A model generated the notes under the pieces. The model was not told the DNA's origin and made no database searches. It was given only the letters and a program-made list of their open reading frames with translations. From Candidatus Undinarchaeota archaeon (lineage in GTDB: Archaea > SpSt-1190 > JASMDC01), in NCBI GenBank assembly GCA_964519305.1, contig CAZFHY010000006.1, forward strand, positions 89,835 to 153,834: 64,000 nucleotides of DNA. Direction: 5' to 3'. The first letter of the stretch is position 1, and each line of letters starts with the position of its first letter. The position numbers were made by a program, and so were the translations under genes. Positions 48,526 through 58,939 of this stretch are shown here, piece by piece.

Positions 48526-49143
48526 TCACCAGCCGCCTTCGCTGTCGCTCCATCCCTCGCTGGATTCGTTCCCCCAGCTCTGCTGCTGCTCGGCCGGTTG
48601 TTCCTGAGGAGCGCTCTCCTGCGGCGGGGGTGCGGGTGCCTGCTCCGTCTGGGGGTATTCTGCCCCTGGGACTCCTTGTTCGCTTTCCTGGTCGGACTGG
48701 CCCTTGTACTGATCGAGCTTCCCCTCTTCGGCCTTTCGTGCCTCGGCCCGCTCCTGGATGGAGAGCACCACGAAGATGACCATCCCGACGAGGGAGCCGA
48801 AGAACGTACCGATGCAAACGAAGAACATCTTACCAGTCGAACCGTCCCACTGGTTGCTCGCTCGGACGCAGGCCTGCTCGGTCAGTTGTGGTGTGGTGAC
48901 TCCGTTGAGATCGGTACATGAACCCTCCCACAACTGCGCCAATGTGTCGGTGAGGGTCCAGCAATCGGGATCGTTCTCCTTTGTGCACTCTTCCGGACAC
49001 TTACCGTCGTTCTGCGGCTGACATGCAGCAGGCGGACCGCCGCTGTCACCGGTATCGCCCCACTCTTCCCAGTCATCCTGAGCAGCGACCCCTATCAGAA
49101 GGAGTGTAATTAGGACGAACGCAAGAGTATATCGGCGGTCCAT
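48526..49143 (-). CDS. Membrane protein with Cys-rich extracellular motif and acidic tail
   Basis: Signal peptide, DGKCPEECTKENDPDC, TM helix, Q/E/P-rich tail. Confidence 0.7.
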   Translation of the reverse strand: MDRRYTLAFVLITLLLIGVAAQDDWEEWGDTGDSGGPPAACQPQNDGKCPEECTKENDPDCWTLTDTLAQLWEGSCTDLNGVTTPQLTEQACVRASNQWDGSTGKMFFVCIGTFFGSLVGMVIFVVLSIQERAEARKAEEGKLDQYKGQSDQESEQGVPGAEYPQTEQAPAPPPQESAPQEQPAEQQQSWGNESSEGWSDSEGGW

Positions 49144-49188
49144 ATGATGAAGGAAGGACGTCATCAATTATAAAAACGTGTTCCTAGG

Positions 49189-50337
49189 CTAAGGTCCGCC
49201 CTTTACCGGCAGGGGCGTACATCGCTTCTCCAATATGCTCCAATCGGTCGTTAGAGGTGTGATGATGGGTGCCGGACGTGAGGATATCACGCTCCGGATC
49301 TCGGCTGCCCGGTCAGCGCTCACCGGATGGGTCGAGGCCACCTCCATGACGTCCTCTAGTATAGTGTCGTCCGCTGCCAGACGATCGAAGAACCGGGGCA
49401 GACCGTCAGGATCGAGCTTAGCAGCATAGAGTATCTCCAAGCCTCCATCGTCCGCTTCCCGCTCCTGCTCCCTACTGAACGCAAGGGCGGAGAGATCGCC
49501 CGCGAGGGGTGCCAACTCCACTATGTCCGAGTCGGTCCCGCTCATGATGATCGCCACCATGATCCCGATGCCCGCGTTAGCGACCACGTTCCGCAGACCG
49601 TGGCGTCCGGTGACGTGGGCCATCTCGTGGCCGAGCACCCCTGCGACCTCATGAGGATCGTCGGTGGCGTTAAGGAGTCCGTAGGTCACGAACATCCGTC
49701 CTCCCGGAAGAGCGAACGCGTTCACCATCTTGGTATCGATGATGGTGAAGTTGAAGGTATATGGCTGGTCGCCCGATGCTGTCACGAGCCGATCGGTGAC
49801 CTCCGCGAGGGCGGCATTAAGCTCCGTGTTCTTGCACTCGCGATAATTACGGGTTATATCCCCGGCGGCAGTGGCCCCGAGCGATTCTTCCCAGTCGACC
49901 GGGATCCTGTCAACAGCCATATCGAGGAGGATAGGGACGCCGGCATAGATACCTGCGAGGATGACAACGATGAATAGGAGGAACAGGGCCAACATCACCT
50001 TCTGCCCGGAAGAGTGCGCCTCCTTAACTGATGCCAGCTTATTGATCCGCTTGATAACCGAGGGATGTGCGCCCGAGCGCCTGACGATATCGGGGAGGGA
50101 ATCCTCATTGACGTAGAGGAGGAGGTCATTTCCCAGGGCATGACCCTTGAACACCCAGAACTCGTCATCGGGCCCAAGCTCCATAGTGACCGATCCGTAC
50201 GTGAGCCGAACGGGCCCCTGGTCCTTCACGGTGATCTCGATGGCCGATGGGAGGAATCGCACTCTCACTGGAGTCGACTCACCCTTCTTCCCCAGACCGA
50301 ACAAGGTGGCCGGGAGCTCGCTACGGGGCTCGGCCAT
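49189..50337 (-). CDS. M48 family zinc metallopeptidase
   Basis: NAFALPGG, HEMAH, FSREQEREAD, STHP. Confidence 0.93.
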   Translation of the reverse strand: MAEPRSELPATLFGLGKKGESTPVRVRFLPSAIEITVKDQGPVRLTYGSVTMELGPDDEFWVFKGHALGNDLLLYVNEDSLPDIVRRSGAHPSVIKRINKLASVKEAHSSGQKVMLALFLLFIVVILAGIYAGVPILLDMAVDRIPVDWEESLGATAAGDITRNYRECKNTELNAALAEVTDRLVTASGDQPYTFNFTIIDTKMVNAFALPGGRMFVTYGLLNATDDPHEVAGVLGHEMAHVTGRHGLRNVVANAGIGIMVAIIMSGTDSDIVELAPLAGDLSALAFSREQEREADDGGLEILYAAKLDPDGLPRFFDRLAADDTILEDVMEVASTHPVSADRAAEIRSVISSRPAPIITPLTTDWSILEKRCTPLPVKGGP

Positions 50338-50378
50338 TGCTATCCCGAGGGACGCCGAACGTTAAGTATGTTGCGCCG

Positions 50379-51842
50379 CTATGAGCTTTCCAGCAGTCCG
50401 GTCTGACGGTTGAAGTCCTCGATGAGCTCATCGTACCGCTCGCCCATGTGCCATCGGTCCGGCCAGTAGTTCGGATCGTTCCACTGGGCATTGAGTTCGG
50501 CAAGGTCCTTTCCCTGCTGCTCGATCCACGTGAAGTACTTGAGATTGTGGATGCGCTTGCGGTCGTAGTGCCCGAGTTCCTTCATGAAGTCCGTCTTGAT
50601 ACCATGTATGTCCCTGTGGAAGGCCAATATAGCGTCGTCGCGGGTGAATGGTCCGTTCTGCGCATTCTGTTCCTCGAGACGTGAGCCGTACATCCCCATG
50701 GAGTCGGTAAAGATGGTGAAGAGGACATCGCTCTCGCCCAGTTCGAAGTACTTGGCGGCCTTGATGCACGTCATCATATTGCTGATCGAGGATATACCTA
50801 GCAGAGGGAGCTTGTCGATGAGCTCTTGGGAGACACCTTGATCCACAAGGTATTTCTTGCCAGCCTCCTCGTTGAACAGACGCATGGCGTTCATCACCGG
50901 AGCATCGTCCATGGCGACGATCATGTCCGTGTTCTTAACGTTGTGCACCCATGGGACGTGTTTGTCACCGATACCCTCGATCCGGTGAGCACCGAAACCG
51001 TTCATGAGCAGGGTGGGGCACTGGAGGGCCTCGCTGGCGACGACCTTGGACGTGGGGTATCGCTCCTTTAGATACTCTCCGGCACCGATGGTACCAGCGG
51101 ACCCGGTCGCGACGCAATAGCCAAAGTACCTGTCGCCGGTGCGCATCTCCTTCTTCAGCACTTCCTCGATCGCGTGACCCGTGACCTCGTAGTGCCAGAG
51201 GGGATTGCCGGGCTCATCGAACTGGTTGAAGATGGTCAGGGCATCCCCGCTACGCCTGAGCTCCCAGCATTTATCATAGATCTCCTTGACGTTGGACTCG
51301 CACCCGGGCGTGGCGATGACCTCGCTACCTATGGACTTGAGCCACTCGAACCGTTCCTTGCTCATCTCCTCGGGGAGGATGGCCACCGAGTGGCAACCCA
51401 TGAGGGATGACACGTACGCTCCCCCTCGACAGTAGTTTCCTGTGGAAGGCCATACTGCTTTCTCGTTGATGGGATCGAACTCACCTGTGACCAGGCGGGG
51501 GGCCAAGCACCCATAGGCCGCTCCGACCTTGTGGGCACCGGTTGGGAACCATTTACCGACCAAGGCGATGATCCTAGCGTCGACACCTGTGAGCTCAGAG
51601 GGCATCTCTAGATAATTAACGCCATTGAATCCGCCGGTCGACATGTCGTTCTTCCAGGATATTCGGAAAAGGTTACGTGAGTCCACGTCCCAGAGCCCGA
51701 TGTCCTTCAGTTTCTGTGCTATCTTGTCAGGCACGAGCTCGGGATTCTTCATCTGCTTGAAGGTAGGGAGGATGATGTTGCGCTCCCGGAATCTCTCGAT
51801 GGTCCTTTTGACCTGCTTCTCGTCGATTGTGATGTCCAGCAT
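50379..51842 (-). CDS. PLP-dependent enzyme, fold type II (cysteine synthase-like)
   Basis: PTGAHKVG, STGNY, NQF, TGSAGT, HRIEGIG. Confidence 0.88.
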   Translation of the reverse strand: MLDITIDEKQVKRTIERFRERNIILPTFKQMKNPELVPDKIAQKLKDIGLWDVDSRNLFRISWKNDMSTGGFNGVNYLEMPSELTGVDARIIALVGKWFPTGAHKVGAAYGCLAPRLVTGEFDPINEKAVWPSTGNYCRGGAYVSSLMGCHSVAILPEEMSKERFEWLKSIGSEVIATPGCESNVKEIYDKCWELRRSGDALTIFNQFDEPGNPLWHYEVTGHAIEEVLKKEMRTGDRYFGYCVATGSAGTIGAGEYLKERYPTSKVVASEALQCPTLLMNGFGAHRIEGIGDKHVPWVHNVKNTDMIVAMDDAPVMNAMRLFNEEAGKKYLVDQGVSQELIDKLPLLGISSISNMMTCIKAAKYFELGESDVLFTIFTDSMGMYGSRLEEQNAQNGPFTRDDAILAFHRDIHGIKTDFMKELGHYDRKRIHNLKYFTWIEQQGKDLAELNAQWNDPNYWPDRWHMGERYDELIEDFNRQTGLLESS

Positions 51843-52314
51843 GGGTGGGATCCCCTACCCGCCAGTGCGGGTCGGAGGGGATGACAGTGTTAACTATAAA
51901 TGGGTTTTGCCCGGGCTGGTCCGACGGGCGTTCACCACCTCGGGACCATCCCCAATGGGGCCTTTTCATATGATACTTCCACCATGTCGGGCGCCACGTG
52001 CGATATGGGGGAACGGGAAATGATTCCGACATGGTCGTATGGAGGAAGTTTTCATGAGAATACGAAATCGCACGCAGGAACCTTAATCCTCGGTTTTACG
52101 GATGATTATCAAATAAATATTTACTAATCGTAATATTAACTAATAATATTTGTAATGACTGTAGTAATATGCTTGTTTACGGCTGGGGGGCGATAATTGA
52201 CCGAATAAAGGACTGGCTTTCCGTGTCACGATTAGCGTTAAAAACGGGATAAGAGGCCCCAATAAAGCAAATCAATTTAAAGGAAAACGCTATCGGGGGG
52301 TGCAGTGTGATATC

Positions 52315-52587
52315 ATGGCTGGAAATGTCAAGTACTTTGTTCTGCAGCAGAACGGTAAGGACAGCAACCACGTCTTCTCCGGCAAGCAGCCCCGTGCTGC
52401 CGCCCTGAAGGCTGCCGCTCGCGGCTTCAAGAAGATCGAGCTCCGAGAGCGCGGTGCAAAGCGCATCCACATCTTCGAGGGCACTGTGAAGGTCGTTGAC
52501 GCGCCTCCGAATGCCCCCTCCTGGATGCCGGCGAAGGTCAAGAAGGCCAACGTCAAGAAGCTCGGCATCAAGCGCCTCGACAAGTAA
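52315..52587 (+). CDS. mc1: Non-histone chromosomal protein MC1
   Basis: VFSGKQPRAAALKAA.RG, LRERG, HIFEG, PSWMP. Confidence 0.93.
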   Translation: MAGNVKYFVLQQNGKDSNHVFSGKQPRAAALKAAARGFKKIELRERGAKRIHIFEGTVKVVDAPPNAPSWMPAKVKKANVKKLGIKRLDK

Positions 52588-52609
52588 AACCGAGACGCAA
52601 GGTTGCATT

Positions 52610-52649
52610 GGGGGTCGGGTCCGCCCGGCCCCCTTCCTTGTTTTTTTTT
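52610..52649 (+). terminator. Hairpin plus T-tract terminator after mc1
   Basis: GGGGGTCGGG-TCCG-CCCGGCCCCC followed by a T9 run. Confidence 0.7.
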
Positions 52650-52692
52650 CTTATCTGCTCCCTGTCCTACTTGCTGTTAGGACATCGCGTTC

Positions 52693-53565
52693 TCAATTAT
52701 GTCTCCGGAACTTCCATTTTCCGGAATAGTATAGTATCCCGACGAAGATAGCACCGACGAACAAACCCGCATCAATGATGTCCTCGATGTTCAGCAGATT
52801 ATCGATGAATGATTCTGTGTCATCATCATCCTCTGGTACGCAATAGAACCTGTCAATATCGCACCGGGTGCCGAACGAGCAGAACGCATCGGACGTGCAG
52901 CACTTATGGCCCTTGAGGCAGCAGACGAAAATGCAATTGCGCGAGGCGCACCTGCTATCATCTGCACACCGCTCTCCGACATCGAGGAGGCGTAGGTGTG
53001 GTAGTACCGTTGCGGTCGCTTGTGGCGACGGGGTTGTCGGTGAGCTCCCCGGGATATCGGTCGGTACCGGGCTTGCTGTGACCGAGGGCGCAGGTGTCGG
53101 AGTGGGATCCCGTTGGTATTGAATGAGGACAAATGAGTTCCCGAAGATGGTGATGTCCTCGCAGTAATCGAGCCTCTGGGTGACCCTGAGCGTGATGGTG
53201 TTCTCACCCTTGTCCAGATTATAATCGTGCGTACTGAGGTCCCAGCGCATGTTGAAATTGGAGCGAACGGTCCACCAGTCGGAATATGTACGCTCTCCAG
53301 GGACGGGGACACCGTTGACGATGACATGGAGTCGCGGTGCATAAGTGCTCGAGGCATGGATGTTGAGGGTGGTCGACTCGGGTCTCTCGGGAGCTGTGAA
53401 TGGGATGGATATCTCAGTCACGAGCTCGCGGTCCTCGGATGTGCACTTGTAGGTCTTTGTGGGTGATCCCAGGTCATCGAAGGTCATCTCTTCCTGGAAC
53501 CACTCCCCCGAAACACAGGTCAGCATTACGAGGATTATGATGACTGCTACCTTGTTGGAGCGCAC
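52693..53565 (-). CDS. Secreted, C-terminally anchored protein with Cys-rich domain
   Basis: Signal peptide, beta domain (L.KGENTI), PT linker, Cys cluster, TM plus basic tail. Confidence 0.75.
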   Translation of the reverse strand: MRSNKVAVIIILVMLTCVSGEWFQEEMTFDDLGSPTKTYKCTSEDRELVTEISIPFTAPERPESTTLNIHASSTYAPRLHVIVNGVPVPGERTYSDWWTVRSNFNMRWDLSTHDYNLDKGENTITLRVTQRLDYCEDITIFGNSFVLIQYQRDPTPTPAPSVTASPVPTDIPGSSPTTPSPQATATVLPHLRLLDVGERCADDSRCASRNCIFVCCLKGHKCCTSDAFCSFGTRCDIDRFYCVPEDDDDTESFIDNLLNIEDIIDAGLFVGAIFVGILYYSGKWKFRRHN

Positions 53566-53618
53566 GGGATTGATGTGTTCGTTCTTCTTAATAAGCCTGA
53601 GTTACAGAATATTCAACT

Positions 53619-54125
53619 CTATACTGATTCGTCCTCATCCTCATCAAGTAGGTAGTCGGGCGTTGGCGACCATGTACCAACGATCACAGCCGTCATGAAC
53701 ACCAGTACTAGGAGTGCACCGAGCCCCGTGGACCCGAACGCGAGCCCCACTGCAGCGAAAGCAAGAAATGCGCCAAGGAGCATCACGCCCCGGCGGAGTC
53801 CGCTCACCTCGTCCTCCCCTCCGAAAAGGTAGCCGAATAGGTACGTGGCTGCAAGACCGACCACTAGGAACACGGGGAACATGTACTTCTGGGCCAAGAC
53901 CATTGTCGCAGCGAGCGCGGAGCTCGCCCTGCTCGCGCCCATTATGAGCGCGAGGGCCCAGAACCCGATCAAAAGAGCCACGAATGTACGTTCACGGAAA
54001 CCCCATCGACTATCGCTCTCTCGGTCGAGGGCGGCATGGAACACATAGGTGGCCGCCAGGGCTACGAACGGGCCGGCCACCAGAAGGGCAACGAGGAGCT
54101 GAAGCTCCATACCGGCAGTGGCCAT
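53619..54125 (-). CDS. Multi-TM hypothetical protein
   Basis: About five hydrophobic helices; abuts upstream gene. Confidence 0.7.
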   Translation of the reverse strand: MATAGMELQLLVALLVAGPFVALAATYVFHAALDRESDSRWGFRERTFVALLIGFWALALIMGASRASSALAATMVLAQKYMFPVFLVVGLAATYLFGYLFGGEDEVSGLRRGVMLLGAFLAFAAVGLAFGSTGLGALLVLVFMTAVIVGTWSPTPDYLLDEDEDESV

Positions 54126-54127
54126 GA

Positions 54128-57100
54128 TCACCGTCCTTCGCTGCTCGTCTCGTGTCCAAGCGTCTCAAGCTCGCGTTGGAGGAGCGTGAGCTCACGCTCA
54201 CCAAGGGCGAACCTGCTTACTGTGACGAGAAGAGAAGCATCGCCCATGGACACCCGGTCCCTGAGGGATTGGATGGCCCGGAACACAGAGTCGAAACCGT
54301 TGTGGCCTACTAGATACTCGATCCCGTCCAGGAGCACGACCGACGATGGCAACTCATCGACGTAACGCTTGATTGCCTGGACAGTGTCAATATGTGAGGG
54401 GCTCAGGGTCACGTTATCGATGGAACGTTCGTCCGTGAGCCAGCGCACTGCGACCTCCTCGGACAGTTCGTAGCGACGGCGAAGGATATCGGGATTAGTA
54501 CGGGAGATACAGAGGGTGGGTTTACCGAGCGTGTGGGCATGTGAAAGGAAGCGAAAGCTCGTTTCGGGTTTGCTCTCGATCACCAGATAGGAGTACCCAG
54601 AGCGAACTGGGAACTCTCCTCCAGACACTAGGATAGGTTCAGGCACCTCCAAGGGACGGGGCGTTTCGACGGGTACCTGTGCGGAGACCGTGGTGGCGGG
54701 GATGGGCGCGACCACAGCATTGGCCAATGCCCTGGTTATGTCCAGAGATCCGAGTGCCCGCCTGCTACGTCCGATGGCCGCAATTGCTGGGCCGTCAAGT
54801 ACTGCGCCAAGGGCCTGGCGACGTGGTACTGGCGGGAGGGCGGATAGGGCGACCTGAGCAAGTGCTCTGTATACGTCGGTACGGCCTGCTTCAAGAGAGG
54901 CGATGAGCAGAGGCCGTGCCTCGGCGTCTAGTACCCTACGCAGACAGCGGACGCGGGCGAGGGTCGTAGTGGCCTCCATACCCACGGTCTCAAGAACATC
55001 CTCGAGAGCGTGAAGGTCCTCGGAGCCGGGTGCCCGGCGAGCCCAGGCCACACCTTTGACATGGTCCTGGAGGGCCAAGATACGTCGTGCATCCGCTAGC
55101 ACATGGTCGGTCCCCGCTGTCGCGAGGACTACCTTAATCCTCCGCACACAGTCAGGTGGGAACAGGAGGAGATCGATCAAACGGATGAGCGCACCCTCCT
55201 GCGTAAGTTCCCCATTGACATAGCGACGGATCGCATCGAGAGCCGAAGGTAGTGAAGGGAGGGGGTTATCGACAGATCCAAGCTCATTGGACATCTCTAC
55301 AAGGAGGTCGTGACGCTCGTCGGCGGGAGCTTCGCAGATGACGGTAACGGACCGGAGGATCAGACGATGTTCCTTGGAATCGCACCCTTCTGCTGCCGGA
55401 CAGAACTTGCAAGGTGCAGGGGCGGACCGCCCCTCGAGCACATCCTGGCTGTGCTCCAAGTAATCCCGGAGGTTGGATATCGACGGGCTCTCCACTTCAG
55501 TATCGATCTTATCCACGATCGCTAACGCGTCCGTCAGAGAGACAGCGCTGGTCCTGGTCAGGATCACGATGCCCGCTGCTTCGGGCACGAGATGTGCTGA
55601 GGACGTCTCGCCTTCGACCAAGAGGCGGGCCGCAAGGTCATCAGCGAGGCCGGTTGGAGGGAGTATCTCACGTACAACGACTCCGACGTCACCCGAGGGG
55701 GGCGGTGTGGGAAGTCCGGCTGCAGCGAGCATGCTCCAAGGGCCTCCTGAACCGGGATCAGGCGGTGGCCAGCCGGGGAGGGCCAGGGGCCCAGTGCAAG
55801 GATTTTGACTGTCGAACGCAGTAAGGACTTTTGCAGTAGATTCGTATCCGACCGTAGCTTTGAGCAGTGATGCGAATGTGGACCCAGCCAGCTCGGAAGG
55901 GGTATCCTTTTGTGGAAGGAGTGAGGACAGCCGTTCGTCCAGAAGGCGCTCGACCAAATGATCCATTACCGATCGTTCTCGCATCTTGGAGAGGGCTCTG
56001 GCACGACTGGCGGGATCGGATAGGGCATCGAACGCACGGACGATGGCCGCCTCTGTTTGATCGGGATTGAGCGCACTGGAGAGTGCGAGGAGAGAGTCCA
56101 TGCGGAGCCAAGGATCCTCGATGCTCTCGGTCAACTCCAAGAGGACATCGGTCCGATCGGCAAGTTCAGTGCTCAAGGTATCAGGTCCCACGAGTTCACC
56201 CAGTATCCCGAGTGATGTGGCCTTTTCCCAAGGATCCGAGATCTCAGTGACCGTCCGTACTAGCTCCTTTGTGTGTGGCGTGAGGTGGTCACGGACTGCT
56301 CCCATGACGTAATGGCCTGAAGCGGCCAGGTCACGGAGCACTTCCAGCCTACGAGGGATGGCTGTGATATCAGCAGCGGGTACAAGGGTTTCGAGAGCCG
56401 TACTGGCGACGGCCTCTAGGAGGTCGGGGCGTGGCGTACAATAAGCACGTGCACCCTTGACCACATGAGCCGTATGCTCTGGATCAGGTAGCTCTATCGC
56501 TGCTGCCAGTACTGTGCGAGCAGTATCCCTCGGACATCCTGAGGCGAGCTTGAGGAGACCACGCACTGCCTCAGCACGGCTCCATGGATCCTCCAGTTCG
56601 GACAGTCTGTGGATAACTCTGGGGACAAGGCCCTCCATGAGCCGGCAGAACGCAGTGTCCGAAAGAGGTGCCCTAGCGAGATGGGCAAGGAGCGTTACTG
56701 CCTCGTCCGGGCTTGATTCCTTCACGAGATCAATGGCCGCCTCCATTGCAGCGGGAGGAGCACGGTCACCCAGCCCTTCGACGATGTGGAATAACGTGTG
56801 ACAGCGTTCCTTCCGGGGGAGGGATGTAGCATCGATGACTATGCCATCGGCGAAACCCGTCACAAGATCCGGACCGAGCGCGTGACCTAGTGCGGCAACC
56901 CATCGTGCACGGCTGGAGACATCGGACTCGGCCATTTCCCGCATGAGCCAATCCCCCATCTCCGCGGCGATGGCGGGAGGGAATGCTGCGAGGAAGGTGG
57001 CCGCACGTCCGGGCGTGTCCTCGGCAACGGTGGACGATAGGGCTTCCTTGGCCTGACGTGAGAGACGAGGTCGCGTCCTCTCATCGGCCGCTGTCATGAG

Positions 57101-57574
57101 GAGGGGGATGATTTCCATGTGTACGGTATCGCTCGCACGTTCCAACTCCCTGAGCACGGATGGTGCTAGCCTCTCCGCTGAGGGCGAATCGGCCAGGACC
57201 TCACCAAGGGTGCCAAGAACGATAGCGCGCTCCTTAGGGACATCGAGGCGTTCGACGGCATCAAGGATACCTCTGAGACCTCGTCCGAGCTCACGAACCG
57301 CCCCCTCTAAGGCCTTGAAAAGTGCTGGGCCTCTTCGATTCAGGATGACGGAGACAATCGCGTCTGCGTCCCTTGGCCCCAGTTCGCTGGCAGCGAGCCG
57401 TAGGAGGAGGGCGGACCGCCTGAACCCTACATTCTCAGATTGGGACGCCAGATCGAAAAGTTCCCGGTCCGTCCCCGGTGTGGCCGTCAGTTCTTCAACG
57501 GATGCCACGACTTCGTCCAAGTGCCGCCAAGGCTCTTCTCCATCGAGGATGGAGCTGAGGGAGGCAGAGCCCAT
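54128..57574 (-). CDS. Large helical-repeat protein with C-terminal DUF835 (KaiC-like inactive ATPase) domain
   Basis: HEAT-like DPW repeats; LCISRTNP, WLT, VVLLDGIEYL...NGF. Confidence 0.8.
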   Translation of the reverse strand: MGSASLSSILDGEEPWRHLDEVVASVEELTATPGTDRELFDLASQSENVGFRRSALLLRLAASELGPRDADAIVSVILNRRGPALFKALEGAVRELGRGLRGILDAVERLDVPKERAIVLGTLGEVLADSPSAERLAPSVLRELERASDTVHMEIIPLLMTAADERTRPRLSRQAKEALSSTVAEDTPGRAATFLAAFPPAIAAEMGDWLMREMAESDVSSRARWVAALGHALGPDLVTGFADGIVIDATSLPRKERCHTLFHIVEGLGDRAPPAAMEAAIDLVKESSPDEAVTLLAHLARAPLSDTAFCRLMEGLVPRVIHRLSELEDPWSRAEAVRGLLKLASGCPRDTARTVLAAAIELPDPEHTAHVVKGARAYCTPRPDLLEAVASTALETLVPAADITAIPRRLEVLRDLAASGHYVMGAVRDHLTPHTKELVRTVTEISDPWEKATSLGILGELVGPDTLSTELADRTDVLLELTESIEDPWLRMDSLLALSSALNPDQTEAAIVRAFDALSDPASRARALSKMRERSVMDHLVERLLDERLSSLLPQKDTPSELAGSTFASLLKATVGYESTAKVLTAFDSQNPCTGPLALPGWPPPDPGSGGPWSMLAAAGLPTPPPSGDVGVVVREILPPTGLADDLAARLLVEGETSSAHLVPEAAGIVILTRTSAVSLTDALAIVDKIDTEVESPSISNLRDYLEHSQDVLEGRSAPAPCKFCPAAEGCDSKEHRLILRSVTVICEAPADERHDLLVEMSNELGSVDNPLPSLPSALDAIRRYVNGELTQEGALIRLIDLLLFPPDCVRRIKVVLATAGTDHVLADARRILALQDHVKGVAWARRAPGSEDLHALEDVLETVGMEATTTLARVRCLRRVLDAEARPLLIASLEAGRTDVYRALAQVALSALPPVPRRQALGAVLDGPAIAAIGRSRRALGSLDITRALANAVVAPIPATTVSAQVPVETPRPLEVPEPILVSGGEFPVRSGYSYLVIESKPETSFRFLSHAHTLGKPTLCISRTNPDILRRRYELSEEVAVRWLTDERSIDNVTLSPSHIDTVQAIKRYVDELPSSVVLLDGIEYLVGHNGFDSVFRAIQSLRDRVSMGDASLLVTVSRFALGERELTLLQRELETLGHETSSEGR

Positions 57575-57667
57575 GTGAGGGATGGTTGCCCTCATCTATA
57601 AATCTTTGATGCCGCGGACCTCGCCCGCTGCATCCTTTTTTATGTATTGCATGCTCAGTCAACGGAC

Positions 57668-58423
57668 ATGTCCGTGTTCGGCGAGGACCCAAATCTGACT
57701 CGGATGGACGCTCCTCCAGTGTCCCAAGGCAGCGACGAGAAGATTCCAACTCATGTCCCGGGCTTCGACAAGCTCATGGGAGGGGGGTTCGAGCGCAACG
57801 CAACGATATGCCTCTTCGGCGGGCCCGGAACCGGAAAGACGACTCTCGCTCTCCAGATCCTATACAATGCGGCCTTGACCGATGGCGAACCGGGGCTCTA
57901 TATATCGTTCGAACAGTCGCGGGACGAGGTCTACAGGTTCATGAAACGCATGGGGTACGACCTCGAAGCGCTCGAAAAGAAGGGCTTGTTCACTTTCAAG
58001 AACTACTACCCGACACATCTCCAGAGCTTCATCAAGGAGGACAGGGGGCCCATTGAGAAGACTATCGAGACAATCGGCGCCACTCTTCTGGGTATCGACT
58101 CCCTCACAGCCCTCGCGATGGTATGTGAGAACGATATCGAGCGTCGGCGGACCTTCCTTAAGCTCTTCGAGACTGTCAAGATCCATAACACGACCAGCAT
58201 CTTCACCGTTGAGGAGCATATTACGCCCGACAATATCAAGAGCGTCCACGGCACCGAGTTCCTGGCTGATGGAGTGGTGAACCTCTACAACCTTCGCCGG
58301 GAATGGACACGCCGCCTGGGCCTGGAGATCATCAAGATGCGGGGGATCGCCTTTCCCCGAAAGATCGTACCCTATACGATCGAGTCCAACGGTATAAACG
58401 TGTTCCCTGATCTCAATCTATAA
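57668..58423 (+). CDS. KaiC/RAD55-family ATPase
   Basis: GFDKLMGGG, GGPGTGKT, YISFEQ, IDSL, EFLADGV, KMRG. Confidence 0.92.
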   Translation: MSVFGEDPNLTRMDAPPVSQGSDEKIPTHVPGFDKLMGGGFERNATICLFGGPGTGKTTLALQILYNAALTDGEPGLYISFEQSRDEVYRFMKRMGYDLEALEKKGLFTFKNYYPTHLQSFIKEDRGPIEKTIETIGATLLGIDSLTALAMVCENDIERRRTFLKLFETVKIHNTTSIFTVEEHITPDNIKSVHGTEFLADGVVNLYNLRREWTRRLGLEIIKMRGIAFPRKIVPYTIESNGINVFPDLNL

Positions 58424-58426
58424 CGA

Positions 58427-58885
58427 TCAGATGAGACTGTCGGTGTCGCGTACGAGGTCCGCCAATAGCCGGGATAGTTCTTTCAGCTGCCCCCGGCTCA
58501 CGGACACCGATCCCTTCTCGGTCGAGATGACGAGGCTGAGGGAATTGGCGTCCACGTTGATATGCTTGTCCTCGATTGCATGATAGAGCTTGGTGACGGT
58601 ACGGAACGCAGCGGGGTAATCCTCTTTGAATCCGTGCTCCTTCACGAGCACTTCCTCGAAGACCTCAGACCTGTACCGGTCGATGGTCGGCACGTTGGGT
58701 ATGAGCCCGCGCTTCCGTGCGATTATAAGCGCAGCGGTGATGGCGTTGTCCATACCGGTGTATAGCTGTTTGATGGTTGAGATGAGGAGGTGTGGGTCCT
58801 TTGCCCGCGTCATCGCGACATCGATGAGGAACGTAGCGGTCTTACTGGCCTTCCGTGCCTCCTTCAGATGGGAGGACGGGTCCAT
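58427..58885 (-). CDS. HEPN-like helical protein
   Basis: HLKEARK...A..L.....LY..M..AI.A helical pattern. Confidence 0.55.
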   Translation of the reverse strand: MDPSSHLKEARKASKTATFLIDVAMTRAKDPHLLISTIKQLYTGMDNAITAALIIARKRGLIPNVPTIDRYRSEVFEEVLVKEHGFKEDYPAAFRTVTKLYHAIEDKHINVDANSLSLVISTEKGSVSVSRGQLKELSRLLADLVRDTDSLI

Positions 58886-58939
58886 ATCATCGGCGGGGAA
58901 TCCCTATCTATTAAAAGCTTGCGTGCGACCGAGCCTGCC

